In this document: piece after piece, positions 9,188-18,247 of the stretch
Layout: each line of letters opens with the position of its first letter
Position numbering within the stretch: the first letter of the stretch is position 1
Origin: an uncultured bacterium
GTDB lineage: Bacteria; CAZDME01; JAYEMH01
Assembly: GCA_964506075.1 (NCBI GenBank)
Contig: CAZDKO010000001.1
Coordinates: 25,637 to 89,636 of the forward strand
Reading direction: 5' to 3'
DNA: 64,000 bases
The notes under the pieces: model-generated
What the model was told of the DNA's origin: nothing
The model's database searches: none
The model's input: the letters and a program-made list of their open reading frames with translations, nothing else
Made by a program: the position numbers and the translations under genes

Positions 9188-11803
9188 ATGAAGAAAGCAA
9201 CGGTTCTTTTGGTAGTTGTGGGGCTAATGCTGCTGGGGGGGGCTTTAGGCTGGAGTGTATCCAGCAATGAGGTTATAAGTATAGGAGTTGAGAAACTCCC
9301 TGACAAAGACTTAGTAACCATCAGAACTGGGACGGAGGTTCATTATACTTATTTTAAATTAAAAAGCAGTAATCTGGAAGAGCCGGACCGGATCGTAATT
9401 GATGTATTAGAAACCGGCCGGACCCGGACGCCGAAGGTCATCCCGGTCGGGACAGAAGTAATTGAGCAGATTCGCACCGGTGTTTACGAAGACAAACAGA
9501 TACGGGTGGTAATTGACTTAAAAGGCGATTATTCTTATAAAGTAGGGAAAAAAGGTAATGATATTATGGTTTATGTGGATAATCCGGTCAGAGCCGCCGT
9601 TCCCGCCCGGGATATACAAAAGGGAACCTTAGCTGAAGACGTTTCCAGTCCTCTTTCGCAGGAAGAAATGGTTCGCCGGTATTATCTGAAAGGTAAAGAG
9701 CTTTATATTGAAGGAAAACAGTACGAAGCTAAAAAAGAATTTGAAAAGGTTTTGACCCTTGACCCTGCACATGTCTGGGCGAAGAGGTATCTGGCGGAGA
9801 TTAAAGAAGAAGAAGGCGCTTTAAAAACACAAGCTAAAGAATTATTGTCTGAACAGATAGGAGAGCTGCAAACATCCCAGGAAAGGGAGTTTATGCAGCA
9901 TTATGGCGCCGGTAAAGCTTATTACGACGAGAAAAGATATTTTGAAGCTATGGAAGAATTTAAAAAAGCTAATGAGCTATTGCCCGACCATAGATTCAGC
10001 GAAGAAGTTAATGCTTATATTTTAAAGTCACAGAAAAATTTACAAAAGACCCGAAGCGATGAAAAATCGGCACGGATTCAATATTTAATCGATGCCGGCC
10101 GAAGCGCCTATATGGCTAATGATTATTCCCGGGCTAAAGAATTATGGAGCAAGATTTTAGAGGTGGACCCGTATAATACACAGGCCTCGGCTTTGATTGC
10201 CAGGGCTGAAAAAGCAATGCTTGACAAAGAAGGGAAAAACGTTGAGGCTCAAAAAAGAATGGAGGAAAAAGCCCGGATTTTAGATGTAGAAAAGAATTTT
10301 TTACGAAAGCCTTATAAAGTTGGACCGGAAAAACCTGAATTAGATATATTGACGGCCAAGGTTGCCGGTGTCGGCAGAAAAGAAAAGGTTTCACGTTTTC
10401 TGGGAGAAAAAGCGACCCAGAAAGTTACTTTAGATTTTAAAGAAGCCAATATCAGGGATGTGATTCAGCAGCTTCATCAATGGACCGGGGTGAATATTAT
10501 TTTAGATGAAGCGGTTTTTAGCGATATAGAACCCACTTTAACCATTTATCTTACTGACGTAACCTTGATTGAAGCTTTGGAGTATATTATAAAAGCCAAA
10601 GGGCTTGATTACCAGTTAACGGAGGGGGTTATTTTTGTGACCACCCCGGAAAGACTCCAGGCCGAAGAAAAAATGGAGACCAGGATTTATCATTTACGCA
10701 AGGGTTTAGCTACCCACACTGTATTTAGTGAGCAGGCGATGGAGCCCAGAAAAGCGGTGGAAAAGGAGGTTTATGCGGAACAAGCCACCGTTCAAAAAGA
10801 AATCACTCTTAAGGACATTCTGGAAAAGAGTATTTCCTGGCCCGAAGGAAGCAAAATTACTCTCATTGAAAGGACCGGTTCTTTAATTGTCACCAACACT
10901 ACTTCTAATTTAATGATTATAGAGGATATTTTAAAAGAATTTGATGCTTCCCCCATCCAGATAATGATTGAGGCCCGTTTTGTTGAAGTCGGCGAAGGCG
11001 GTTTAAAAGAATTAGGGATGGAATGGAAACTGGATACAGACTGGGGTTTTGACCGTGTTTCCGGCAAGGGTAATAAAATTCAGGTTAACAAAGGACAAGT
11101 CAGCGAATTTCCTAAATTAGGCAGCCACAGATTTATTAAAGATATAGATGGTTCAACAATTGATAGTCTTGGTTCAATTGATTTGACCGTCGCCGGCATA
11201 CTTACCACTCCCCAGTTTGAAGCCGTTCTTCATGCGATTGAACAGGACGAAAAGACGAATCTTCTTTCTTCACCCAAGGTTACTACCATTAATGGGCAGG
11301 GAGCGGTTATAAAGGTCGTCCGGGAATATATCTATCCCACTGCTTATAAAACGACTGCTGCTGAATACAATTCAGCCGGCGTCAAGGTAAAAGATGCCAC
11401 CTCCACCCCGGAAAAATTCGTTACCCGTGATGCCGGGATACTGCTTAAGGTTGTACCCCGGGTAGGTATGGATAAAAAAATGATTAATCTAACGATTGTC
11501 CCGGAAGTCAGCGAATTAGGGGAATGGTATGATTACGGCACCGTAGAAACGCCGTATAAACAGCCGTTCTTTGATTCCAGGAAATGTATCACCAGTATTG
11601 TCGTTAACGATGGAGACACCGTAGTTCTGGGAGGATTAATCAAGGAGACGGTTGAGCATATTCGGGACAAAGTTCCTATTTTAGGAGACATTCCTCTTCT
11701 GGGTACGGCGTTCCGCCGCGATTACGACCGGGTAACCAAAAACAATTTAATCGTTTTTGTTACGGCGCGTATTATTGAACCGACCGGGGAAAATTACCGT
11801 TAA
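9188..11803 (+). CDS. pilQ: Type IV pilus secretin PilQ with an N-terminal AMIN domain and an inserted TPR region
   Basis: Signal peptide, then an AMIN-like beta domain (..IRVVIDLKGDYSYKV..). TPR-like repeats follow (YYLKGKELYIEGKQYEAKKEFEKVLTLDP; AGKAYYDEKRYFEAMEEFKKANELLPDH; GRSAYMANDYSRAKELWSKILEVDPYN). The C-terminal secretin signature is VPILGDIPLLGTAFRRDYDRVTKNNLIVFVTARIIE. Confidence 0.8.
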   Translation: MKKATVLLVVVGLMLLGGALGWSVSSNEVISIGVEKLPDKDLVTIRTGTEVHYTYFKLKSSNLEEPDRIVIDVLETGRTRTPKVIPVGTEVIEQIRTGVYEDKQIRVVIDLKGDYSYKVGKKGNDIMVYVDNPVRAAVPARDIQKGTLAEDVSSPLSQEEMVRRYYLKGKELYIEGKQYEAKKEFEKVLTLDPAHVWAKRYLAEIKEEEGALKTQAKELLSEQIGELQTSQEREFMQHYGAGKAYYDEKRYFEAMEEFKKANELLPDHRFSEEVNAYILKSQKNLQKTRSDEKSARIQYLIDAGRSAYMANDYSRAKELWSKILEVDPYNTQASALIARAEKAMLDKEGKNVEAQKRMEEKARILDVEKNFLRKPYKVGPEKPELDILTAKVAGVGRKEKVSRFLGEKATQKVTLDFKEANIRDVIQQLHQWTGVNIILDEAVFSDIEPTLTIYLTDVTLIEALEYIIKAKGLDYQLTEGVIFVTTPERLQAEEKMETRIYHLRKGLATHTVFSEQAMEPRKAVEKEVYAEQATVQKEITLKDILEKSISWPEGSKITLIERTGSLIVTNTTSNLMIIEDILKEFDASPIQIMIEARFVEVGEGGLKELGMEWKLDTDWGFDRVSGKGNKIQVNKGQVSEFPKLGSHRFIKDIDGSTIDSLGSIDLTVAGILTTPQFEAVLHAIEQDEKTNLLSSPKVTTINGQGAVIKVVREYIYPTAYKTTAAEYNSAGVKVKDATSTPEKFVTRDAGILLKVVPRVGMDKKMINLTIVPEVSELGEWYDYGTVETPYKQPFFDSRKCITSIVVNDGDTVVLGGLIKETVEHIRDKVPILGDIPLLGTAFRRDYDRVTKNNLIVFVTARIIEPTGENYR

Positions 11804-11820
11804 AAATATTTTCCCGGTTG
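11776..11820 (+). terminator. Candidate intrinsic terminator overlapping the pilQ stop
   Basis: ccggggaaaat..(13-nt loop)..attttcccgg forms an imperfect 10-bp stem and is followed by ttgattttgtt. Confidence 0.35.
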
Positions 11821-11990
11821 ATTTTGTTAAATGTTTAACTGCCGTTAGCCGACTTAGTTAGATAGTTAGATTTGAAACGTTCGTAATTTTTTGATTTATT
11901 TGATTTGTCATGCCGTAGATTTATCTCTGGCGAAAAGTTTCCAAAACCTACAGCTCTTCAAATTACTCGGTTTATTCATTAATAAGAACC

Positions 11991-12860
11991 ATGCCGAAAG
12001 AAATATATCTGATTGATGGTAATTCTTATGCCTATAGAGCTTTTTACGCTCTGGGAAAACTTACCACTTCTCAAGGAAAGCCAATTGGAGCAGTTTATGG
12101 TTTTTATAACATGCTTTTCAGCTTAATCAGCGAAAAGAGACCGGAATACCTGTCTATTGTCTTTGACCATCCGTCGCCGACTTTCAGGCATAAGAAATTT
12201 GAGGAATATAAAATTCACCGCCGGCCAATGCCTGAAGACTTAAAAGGACAAATTGCTTTAATTAAAGATATTGCTGTAACCATGGATATCTCGGTAATGG
12301 AACAAGCCGGCTTTGAGGCCGATGATATTTTAGCTACCCTGGCAAAAAAATTCGAAAAAGATTTTATGATATTTGTTGTCACCGGGGATAAAGATATTTT
12401 ACAGCTGATTAATTCAAAAATAAAAGTTATTGACACCCATAAGGATAATCTGGTTTATGATGAGGAAAAGGTGAAAGAGCGATACGGCTTTAAGCCGGTC
12501 CAAATTGTGGATTTCATTGCTCTTGCCGGAGATGCTACCGACAATATTCCGGGAGTCCGGGGGATAGGCAGTAAAACAGCCGTGGAGCTCCTTCAGGAAT
12601 TTGGAACCCTTGAAAATATTTACCGGAATCTGGATAAAGTTAAAGGGGAAGCAAAACAAAAAATTCTCCGCGAAAATTATGACCAGGCTAATATCAGCCG
12701 GGAATTAGCTCTTTTAAATTGCCGGGTGCCCATGGAAGTTAACCCGGAGGATTTACGCTGGGTAAAATTTGACAGAGAAAAAATAAAAGCAATTTTTAGA
12801 GACCTGGAATTTAACCGTTTGATTAAACGGCTGGACGAATTACCTTTAGTTTGTACTTAA
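11991..12860 (+). CDS. polA: DNA polymerase I, 5'->3' exonuclease domain fragment (frame 0)
   Basis: LIDGNSYAYRAFYAL (5'-nuclease motif, compare E. coli LVDGSSYLYRAYHAF) and ..REKIKAIFRDLEFNRLIKRL (end of the nuclease domain). The frame terminates at 12858-12860 inside the interdomain linker. Confidence 0.8.
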   Translation: MPKEIYLIDGNSYAYRAFYALGKLTTSQGKPIGAVYGFYNMLFSLISEKRPEYLSIVFDHPSPTFRHKKFEEYKIHRRPMPEDLKGQIALIKDIAVTMDISVMEQAGFEADDILATLAKKFEKDFMIFVVTGDKDILQLINSKIKVIDTHKDNLVYDEEKVKERYGFKPVQIVDFIALAGDATDNIPGVRGIGSKTAVELLQEFGTLENIYRNLDKVKGEAKQKILRENYDQANISRELALLNCRVPMEVNPEDLRWVKFDREKIKAIFRDLEFNRLIKRLDELPLVCT

Positions 12861-14518
12861 CTGATTATTATCAATATAAATCCGGGGTTGTCTTGGTGGG
12901 GAAAAAAGAATTAAATGATTTTATCAAGGCTGTTACAATCGGAAAGAAAGTAGCCTTGGAAATCAAAGCTGAAGATAAAGAAAAAAATTTTTTTGATGCC
13001 GGCCAGGCCGTTACCATCTATCTGGCTGGTGTCAACGGAAACTCTTATTCCGTATCTTTAGATAAGAATTCTCCTGAAGACAATTTAAAGAATATCCTGA
13101 TTGACGAAACGATAGATAAATACGGGTTTGATTTAAAAAATCAATCTCTGATTCTTTGTAATTTTAACCTGGATTTAAAAGCCGTAAAATTTGACCTTCA
13201 GATTGCCGCTCATCTCCTTGATTTTAATCTAGAAAAAGTTTCTTTAGAGAAAGTATTTAGTGAAGCAGAAATTTTAGAAAAAAAATTAAAAAAGGAGCTT
13301 TTGATTTCTCTGTTTCAGGATGTGGAAATGCCTTTAATAGAAGTTTTAGCTTCTATGGAGAAAAAAGGCGTAAAACTCAAAAAGGAGATTTTAGAGCGTC
13401 TTTCCGAAGAGATGGAAGGTCAGAAAAAAACGTTAAGAGAGGAAATCTATAAAATAGCCGGTGAAGAATTTAATATTGATTCACCGAAACAACTCGGCCT
13501 CGTTTTATTCGGTAAATTGGGCTTACCGCCGGTAAAAAAGAAAAAAACAGGATTTTCCACAGATGGGGAAGTTCTTGAAGTTCTGGCAAAAATCCATATT
13601 CTCCCCAAGAAAATTTTGGAGTACCGTGAAATTTCCAAACTTAAATCAACGTATATTGATGTTTTACCCGAACTTATTAGTTCCCGAGACGGGCGTCTTC
13701 ATACCTGTTATAATCAGACGGTTACCGCTACCGGCCGTCTTTCAAGCAGTAATCCCAACCTGCAAAATATTCCCATCAGGAGTGATTGGGGTAAACGTTT
13801 ACGGGAGGCTTTTGTTTCTCCTGATAAGTATTTTCTGCTGGGAGCCGATTATTCGCAGATTGAACTACGCCTTTTAGCCCATTTCTGTAAAGATGCTTTG
13901 CTATGTGAATCTTTTAAGAATGACGAAGATATCCATACGCAGACCGCACAGGAAATTTTTGAAGTCAAAGAAGGCAATATAAACGAAGATTTAAGAAGGA
14001 TGGCTAAAACTATAAATTTTGGAATAATTTACGGGATGAGTGCTTACGGTTTATCCCGCAGTCTACAGATTGAAGTTAATCAGGCCCAGGATTTTATTGA
14101 ACGTTATTTTAAGAAATACCAGGGGGTTAAGCAGTATATTAACCGGGTAATAGAAGAAGCTAAAAACAAAGGTTACGTTACCACGATGTTCGGACGGAAA
14201 CGCTATATTCCCGAGATTAAAAGCTTTATCCGTTCAAAAAAAGAATTCGCCTATCGCATAGCCATTAATACGCCCATTCAGGGCACAGCAGCGGAAATTA
14301 TAAAATTGGCGATGATCGGGATATACAGGGAACTTAAAAATAATAGATTAAAGACAGAAATGATTCTTCAGGTTCATGACGAATTAATTCTGGAAGTTCA
14401 TAAAGATGAGATATCGTTAGTTAAAGAAATAGTAAAAAAAGAAATGGAAAGTGTAGTTAATATTTCAGTGCCGCTTAAGGTAAAGTTATCCCTGGGGAGG
14501 TCCTGGGCGGAAATTTAA
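12851..14518 (+). CDS. polA: DNA polymerase I, vestigial 3'-5' exonuclease-like domain plus polymerase domain fragment (shifted frame; the track start is TTG)
   Basis: Motif A DYSQIELRLLAH, motif B RRMAKTINFGIIYGMSAYGLS, motif C LQVHDELILEV, plus EEFNIDSPKQLGLVLF. There is no DTE proofreading motif. The frame is open from the stop at 12824-12826. Confidence 0.8.
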   Translation: MYLTDYYQYKSGVVLVGKKELNDFIKAVTIGKKVALEIKAEDKEKNFFDAGQAVTIYLAGVNGNSYSVSLDKNSPEDNLKNILIDETIDKYGFDLKNQSLILCNFNLDLKAVKFDLQIAAHLLDFNLEKVSLEKVFSEAEILEKKLKKELLISLFQDVEMPLIEVLASMEKKGVKLKKEILERLSEEMEGQKKTLREEIYKIAGEEFNIDSPKQLGLVLFGKLGLPPVKKKKTGFSTDGEVLEVLAKIHILPKKILEYREISKLKSTYIDVLPELISSRDGRLHTCYNQTVTATGRLSSSNPNLQNIPIRSDWGKRLREAFVSPDKYFLLGADYSQIELRLLAHFCKDALLCESFKNDEDIHTQTAQEIFEVKEGNINEDLRRMAKTINFGIIYGMSAYGLSRSLQIEVNQAQDFIERYFKKYQGVKQYINRVIEEAKNKGYVTTMFGRKRYIPEIKSFIRSKKEFAYRIAINTPIQGTAAEIIKLAMIGIYRELKNNRLKTEMILQVHDELILEVHKDEISLVKEIVKKEMESVVNISVPLKVKLSLGRSWAEI

Positions 14519-14580
14519 GAAGGTAGGTTCTCCGGTTTACCAGTTAGCCGGTTGATTGGTTAAATGATTAACTGGTGAGC

Positions 14581-14790
14581 GGTGAATGGTAAGATAGTGA
14601 AAGATTAAAAGCCATAATCTAAAATGCCGAATGACTAAATCCGAATGCCGAATAAAAGATCTAATGCTCAAATGACTCAAAATGTTTTTTTCTGTTCTCT
14701 TATTAGGTCATTTAGGAATTAGGCATTAAAGGGTCTACTGATTAAAAATTACTGACTACTAACTACTGACTACTGTCTACTATTTACTGA
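14581..14790. repeat. Composite intergenic repeat, copy B (inverse orientation relative to 5871-6090)
   Basis: aatgccg|aatgact|aaatccg|aatgccg heptads; tcatttaggaattaggcattaaagggtctactgattaaaaattactg; then ctgacta|ctaacta|ctgacta|ctgtcta, which is the reverse complement of the AGTAGNN array. The reverse complement aligns to 5871-5960. Confidence 0.7.
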
Positions 14791-14801
14791 AATGAGAAAG
14801 A

Positions 14802-15431
14802 ATGTTAATCATCGGTTTAACCGGTAATATCGGTTCGGGAAAAAGCACCGTGGCCAAAATGTTTCATCGTTTAGGGGCAGCGGTAATTGACGTTGATAAG
14901 CTCGCTCATAAACTTCTTTCCCCGGGAAGTTTAGCATGGAAAGAGGTTGTCACTATTTTCGGAAGAAGAATTCTTAACGCCGACCAAAAAATTAACCGGC
15001 AGAGATTAGGAAGAATCGTCTTTGATAACCAGCAGAGGCTGAAAAAACTCAATAAGGTTATCCATCCGCATCTGGTTCATCAGGTAGAAAATGAGGTTAG
15101 CCGGCTAAAAAGAAATAAAAAGGAAATTATAATTATAGAAGCAGCTTTAGTTATAGAAATAGAGCCTTTATTTAAGATGATTGATTATCTGATTATGATT
15201 AAGATTGACAGAAAAAATCAGATTTCCCGACTTAAAAAAAATAAGAAGCATCTTACCAGAGATGAAATTGTAAAAAGAATTAAGTCTCAAATGCCTCAAC
15301 AGGAGAAAATTAAATTAGCCGATTTTGTTATCAATAATACGGGGAGTTTACAATCAACGCAAAAACAAGTCAAAAAAATTTGGGATGAGGATATTAAATT
15401 ATTAAGGAGGAAATCTTATGGATATTGTTGA
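14802..15431 (+). CDS. coaE: Dephospho-CoA kinase
   Basis: [21 protein letters not shown] contains a P-loop at the N-terminus. Length is 209 aa and the CoaE layout is typical. Confidence 0.85.
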   Translation: MLIIGLTGNIGSGKSTVAKMFHRLGAAVIDVDKLAHKLLSPGSLAWKEVVTIFGRRILNADQKINRQRLGRIVFDNQQRLKKLNKVIHPHLVHQVENEVSRLKRNKKEIIIIEAALVIEIEPLFKMIDYLIMIKIDRKNQISRLKKNKKHLTRDEIVKRIKSQMPQQEKIKLADFVINNTGSLQSTQKQVKKIWDEDIKLLRRKSYGYC

Positions 15432-16674
15432 TTTAAAAGGTAAAACAATCAATGAATTACATAAAATTGCCCAGGATTTAAATGTGACGGGATTAAGAGG
15501 AATGAAAAAAACCGACCTTATTTTTCGAATCCTCCAGGCAAAAACGGAAAAGAACGGTTTAACTTTTGGCGAGGGGGTGTTAGAAATTTTACCTGACGGT
15601 TTTGGTTTCCTCCGTTCTCCCAATTACAATTATTTACCCTGTCCCGATGATATCTATGTTTCTCCTTCCCAGATTAGACGTTTCAGTTTATTGACCGGGG
15701 ATACGGTTTCCGGGCAAATCAGGCCGCCCAAAGAAGGGGAACGGTATTTTGCTTTACTGAAAGTAGAAGCCGTAAATTTTGAAAATCCCGAAGGGATAAA
15801 AAACCGGATACTTTTTGACGATTTAACGCCTATCTATCCTCAGGAAAAGTTTATCCTGGAAACCAAGCCGGAAGAGATTTCTATGAGGATAATAGACCTT
15901 TTAGCGCCGATTGGTAAAGGTCAGCGGGGTCTAATTGTTTCCCCCCCCCGGGCCGGTAAGACTATCCTGCTTCAAAAAATTGCTAATTCTATTACCACCA
16001 ATACCCCGGAAGCGACCTTAATAGTTCTATTGATTGACGAGCGGCCAGAGGAAGTAACCGATATGCAGCATTCGGTAAAAGGAGAGGTAATCAGTTCTAC
16101 TTTTGACGAACCGGCTGAGCGTCACGTTCAGGTAGCGGAAATGGTTATTGAAAAAGCCAAGCGTTTAGTGGAACAAAAGAAAGATGTAATTATCCTTCTG
16201 GACAGCATTACCCGGTTAGGCCGGGCTTATAATGCCGTTGTCCCCCATAGCGGAAAGATTCTTTCCGGAGGTGTTGATTCCAATGCTTTACAGAAACCGA
16301 AGAGATTCTTCGGTGCGGCCAGAGCGATTGAAGGAGGAGGCAGTATCACCATTATCGCTACCGCTCTAATTGATACGGGAAGCCGTATGGATGAGGTAAT
16401 TTTTGAAGAGTTTAAAGGCACCGGCAATATGGAACTTCAGCTTGATAGAAAGTTAGTGGATAAAAGAGTTTTTCCGGCAATTGATATCAACCGTTCAGGA
16501 ACGCGCCGGGAAGAATTACTTTTAGATAAAAATGAACTCAATAAACTATGGGTGCTCCGCAAGGTTCTTAATTCCTTAAATCCTGTTGAGGCGATGGAAT
16601 TATTGGTTGAGAAGATTCAAAAAACTAAAACCAACAAAGAGTTTCTATCAATTATTAATAATCAGAAGGAGTAA
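15418..16674 (+). CDS. rho: Transcription termination factor Rho
   Basis: N-terminal domain ([19 protein letters not shown]), RNA-binding OB region, Walker [16 protein letters not shown]. Length is 418 aa. It overlaps coaE by 14 nt. Confidence 0.9.
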   Translation: MDIVDLKGKTINELHKIAQDLNVTGLRGMKKTDLIFRILQAKTEKNGLTFGEGVLEILPDGFGFLRSPNYNYLPCPDDIYVSPSQIRRFSLLTGDTVSGQIRPPKEGERYFALLKVEAVNFENPEGIKNRILFDDLTPIYPQEKFILETKPEEISMRIIDLLAPIGKGQRGLIVSPPRAGKTILLQKIANSITTNTPEATLIVLLIDERPEEVTDMQHSVKGEVISSTFDEPAERHVQVAEMVIEKAKRLVEQKKDVIILLDSITRLGRAYNAVVPHSGKILSGGVDSNALQKPKRFFGAARAIEGGGSITIIATALIDTGSRMDEVIFEEFKGTGNMELQLDRKLVDKRVFPAIDINRSGTRREELLLDKNELNKLWVLRKVLNSLNPVEAMELLVEKIQKTKTNKEFLSIINNQKE

Positions 16675-16763
16675 AAAGTTAAATTTTAAAATGATTTTCA
16701 TTATAAAAATGTAATTTTTTATCGGCGACTTAACATTTTTAAAAATAGACGGTAAAGCACTTT

Positions 16764-16807
16764 AAATCTCCAGAAGTAATATCGACTGGAGATTTTTCTG
16801 TTTTTTA
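16764..16807 (+). terminator. Rho-independent terminator downstream of rho
   Basis: aaatctccag / ctggagattt forms a 10-bp perfect stem with a 12-nt loop, followed by ttctgttttttaa. Confidence 0.6.
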
Positions 16808-16877
16808 ACTTAAAAATTCTATGTTATAATAACGAAGAGATAAATCACTTGCCCAGCTTAAAAAGAGGATTTTAAAG

Positions 16878-18245
16878 ATGCGAAACAACACAATTTCCCG
16901 GGTTCAATTAATTTTGCCCGAGATAAAAGAATTAATTGACCAGCAGAATCTCCAGGACTTAAAAGGCCTATGGGATGAATTTGAACCCGTGGAGATTGCT
17001 GAAATAGTAAAAAATCTTAAGTCTAAAGAGCGTCAGTTTTTATTTAATAACTGGAATGATAATTTTGCCGCTGATGTTTTTGAAAATCTGATTCGGTCTG
17101 TCCAGATTTCTCTTCTTAAATCTTTAAATCGTAACGAAAGCGCGAAAATTCTTAATAGACTTTCCTCGGATGAACGGGCCGACCTCTTCTCCACCTTACC
17201 TGAAGATATGGTCAAGGAATTCTTAAGCCTTATGGAGCAGGAAGAGGCGCGCGATGTCAGGGAATTGATTACCTACGACAGTAATACTGCCGGCGGCCGG
17301 ATGACTACGGAATTTGCCCGTTTATCTCCTGACGATACGGTTAGAGAATCTTTAGAAAAAATCCGGGCTCTGGCTAAAGATTTAGAGACCATCTATTATC
17401 TATATGTGCTGGATAAGGAAGAAAAAGTCATCGGTGTTCTCTCGTTAAAAGAGCTGGTAACAGCCGATCCGGATTCACCCGTATCTAAAATAATGCACCG
17501 GCACGTTATTTCTGTTCCGGTTTATATGGATCAAGAACAAGTCGCTCATAAAATTTCCTGGTATGATTTTTTGGCTCTTCCGGTGGTAGATGATATGAGA
17601 CGGATGAGAGGAATTATTACCGTGGATGACATACTTGATGTTATGGAAGATGAATCTACCGAAGATATGTATCATTTAGGAGCGGTGACCAAACCGGTTG
17701 AAAATTATCTCCAGACCAATGTACTTTCTATCGCGCGTCACCGGATTAACTGGCTTTTATTTTTGGTGGTAGCCAGCTTATTCTCCGGTTTAATAATGGA
17801 AAAGAATGCTGCTCTTCTCGGGACAACCGTGACTTTAGCTTTTTTTATTCCTTTGCTTATGAATTCGGGAGGCGGTGCCGGCACACAGGCAGCCACTGTT
17901 ATTGTTAGAGGCTTAGCGACGGGAGACCTTAAACTTAGCGATATCTGGCGAATTATTCGTAAAGAATTATTAATCGGCGTATTAATAGGTACTATTATAG
18001 GGATTTTTGCGGCTCTCAGGGCTTTAATTTTTCAGCAGGACCCGTTGCTTGGTTTAACGGTGGCTTTAACTATGGTTATTATAATCTCCGTAGCGACTAC
18101 AATCGGTTCTCTCCTGCCTTTATTTTTCAAGCGAATCGGGATTGACCCGGCTATTAGTTCCGGCCCCTTGATTAGTACGATTATTGATATTACCACTCTA
18201 TTCATTTATTTTCATATTGCCGTATGGATTTTTAAACTGGGTTAA
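16878..18245 (+). CDS. mgtE: Magnesium transporter MgtE
   Basis: MgtE N-domain, tandem CBS region, and a C-terminal five-TM domain with GGGAGTQAATVIVRGLATGD. Confidence 0.85.
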   Translation: MRNNTISRVQLILPEIKELIDQQNLQDLKGLWDEFEPVEIAEIVKNLKSKERQFLFNNWNDNFAADVFENLIRSVQISLLKSLNRNESAKILNRLSSDERADLFSTLPEDMVKEFLSLMEQEEARDVRELITYDSNTAGGRMTTEFARLSPDDTVRESLEKIRALAKDLETIYYLYVLDKEEKVIGVLSLKELVTADPDSPVSKIMHRHVISVPVYMDQEQVAHKISWYDFLALPVVDDMRRMRGIITVDDILDVMEDESTEDMYHLGAVTKPVENYLQTNVLSIARHRINWLLFLVVASLFSGLIMEKNAALLGTTVTLAFFIPLLMNSGGGAGTQAATVIVRGLATGDLKLSDIWRIIRKELLIGVLIGTIIGIFAALRALIFQQDPLLGLTVALTMVIIISVATTIGSLLPLFFKRIGIDPAISSGPLISTIIDITTLFIYFHIAVWIFKLG

Positions 18246-18247
18246 AT

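Noticed and set aside
12827-12860. Programmed -1 ribosomal frameshift joining the two polA frames
   Set aside because: There is no X-XXY-YYZ slippery heptamer or downstream pseudoknot-like structure at the junction. An indel (real or from sequencing) is the simpler explanation.
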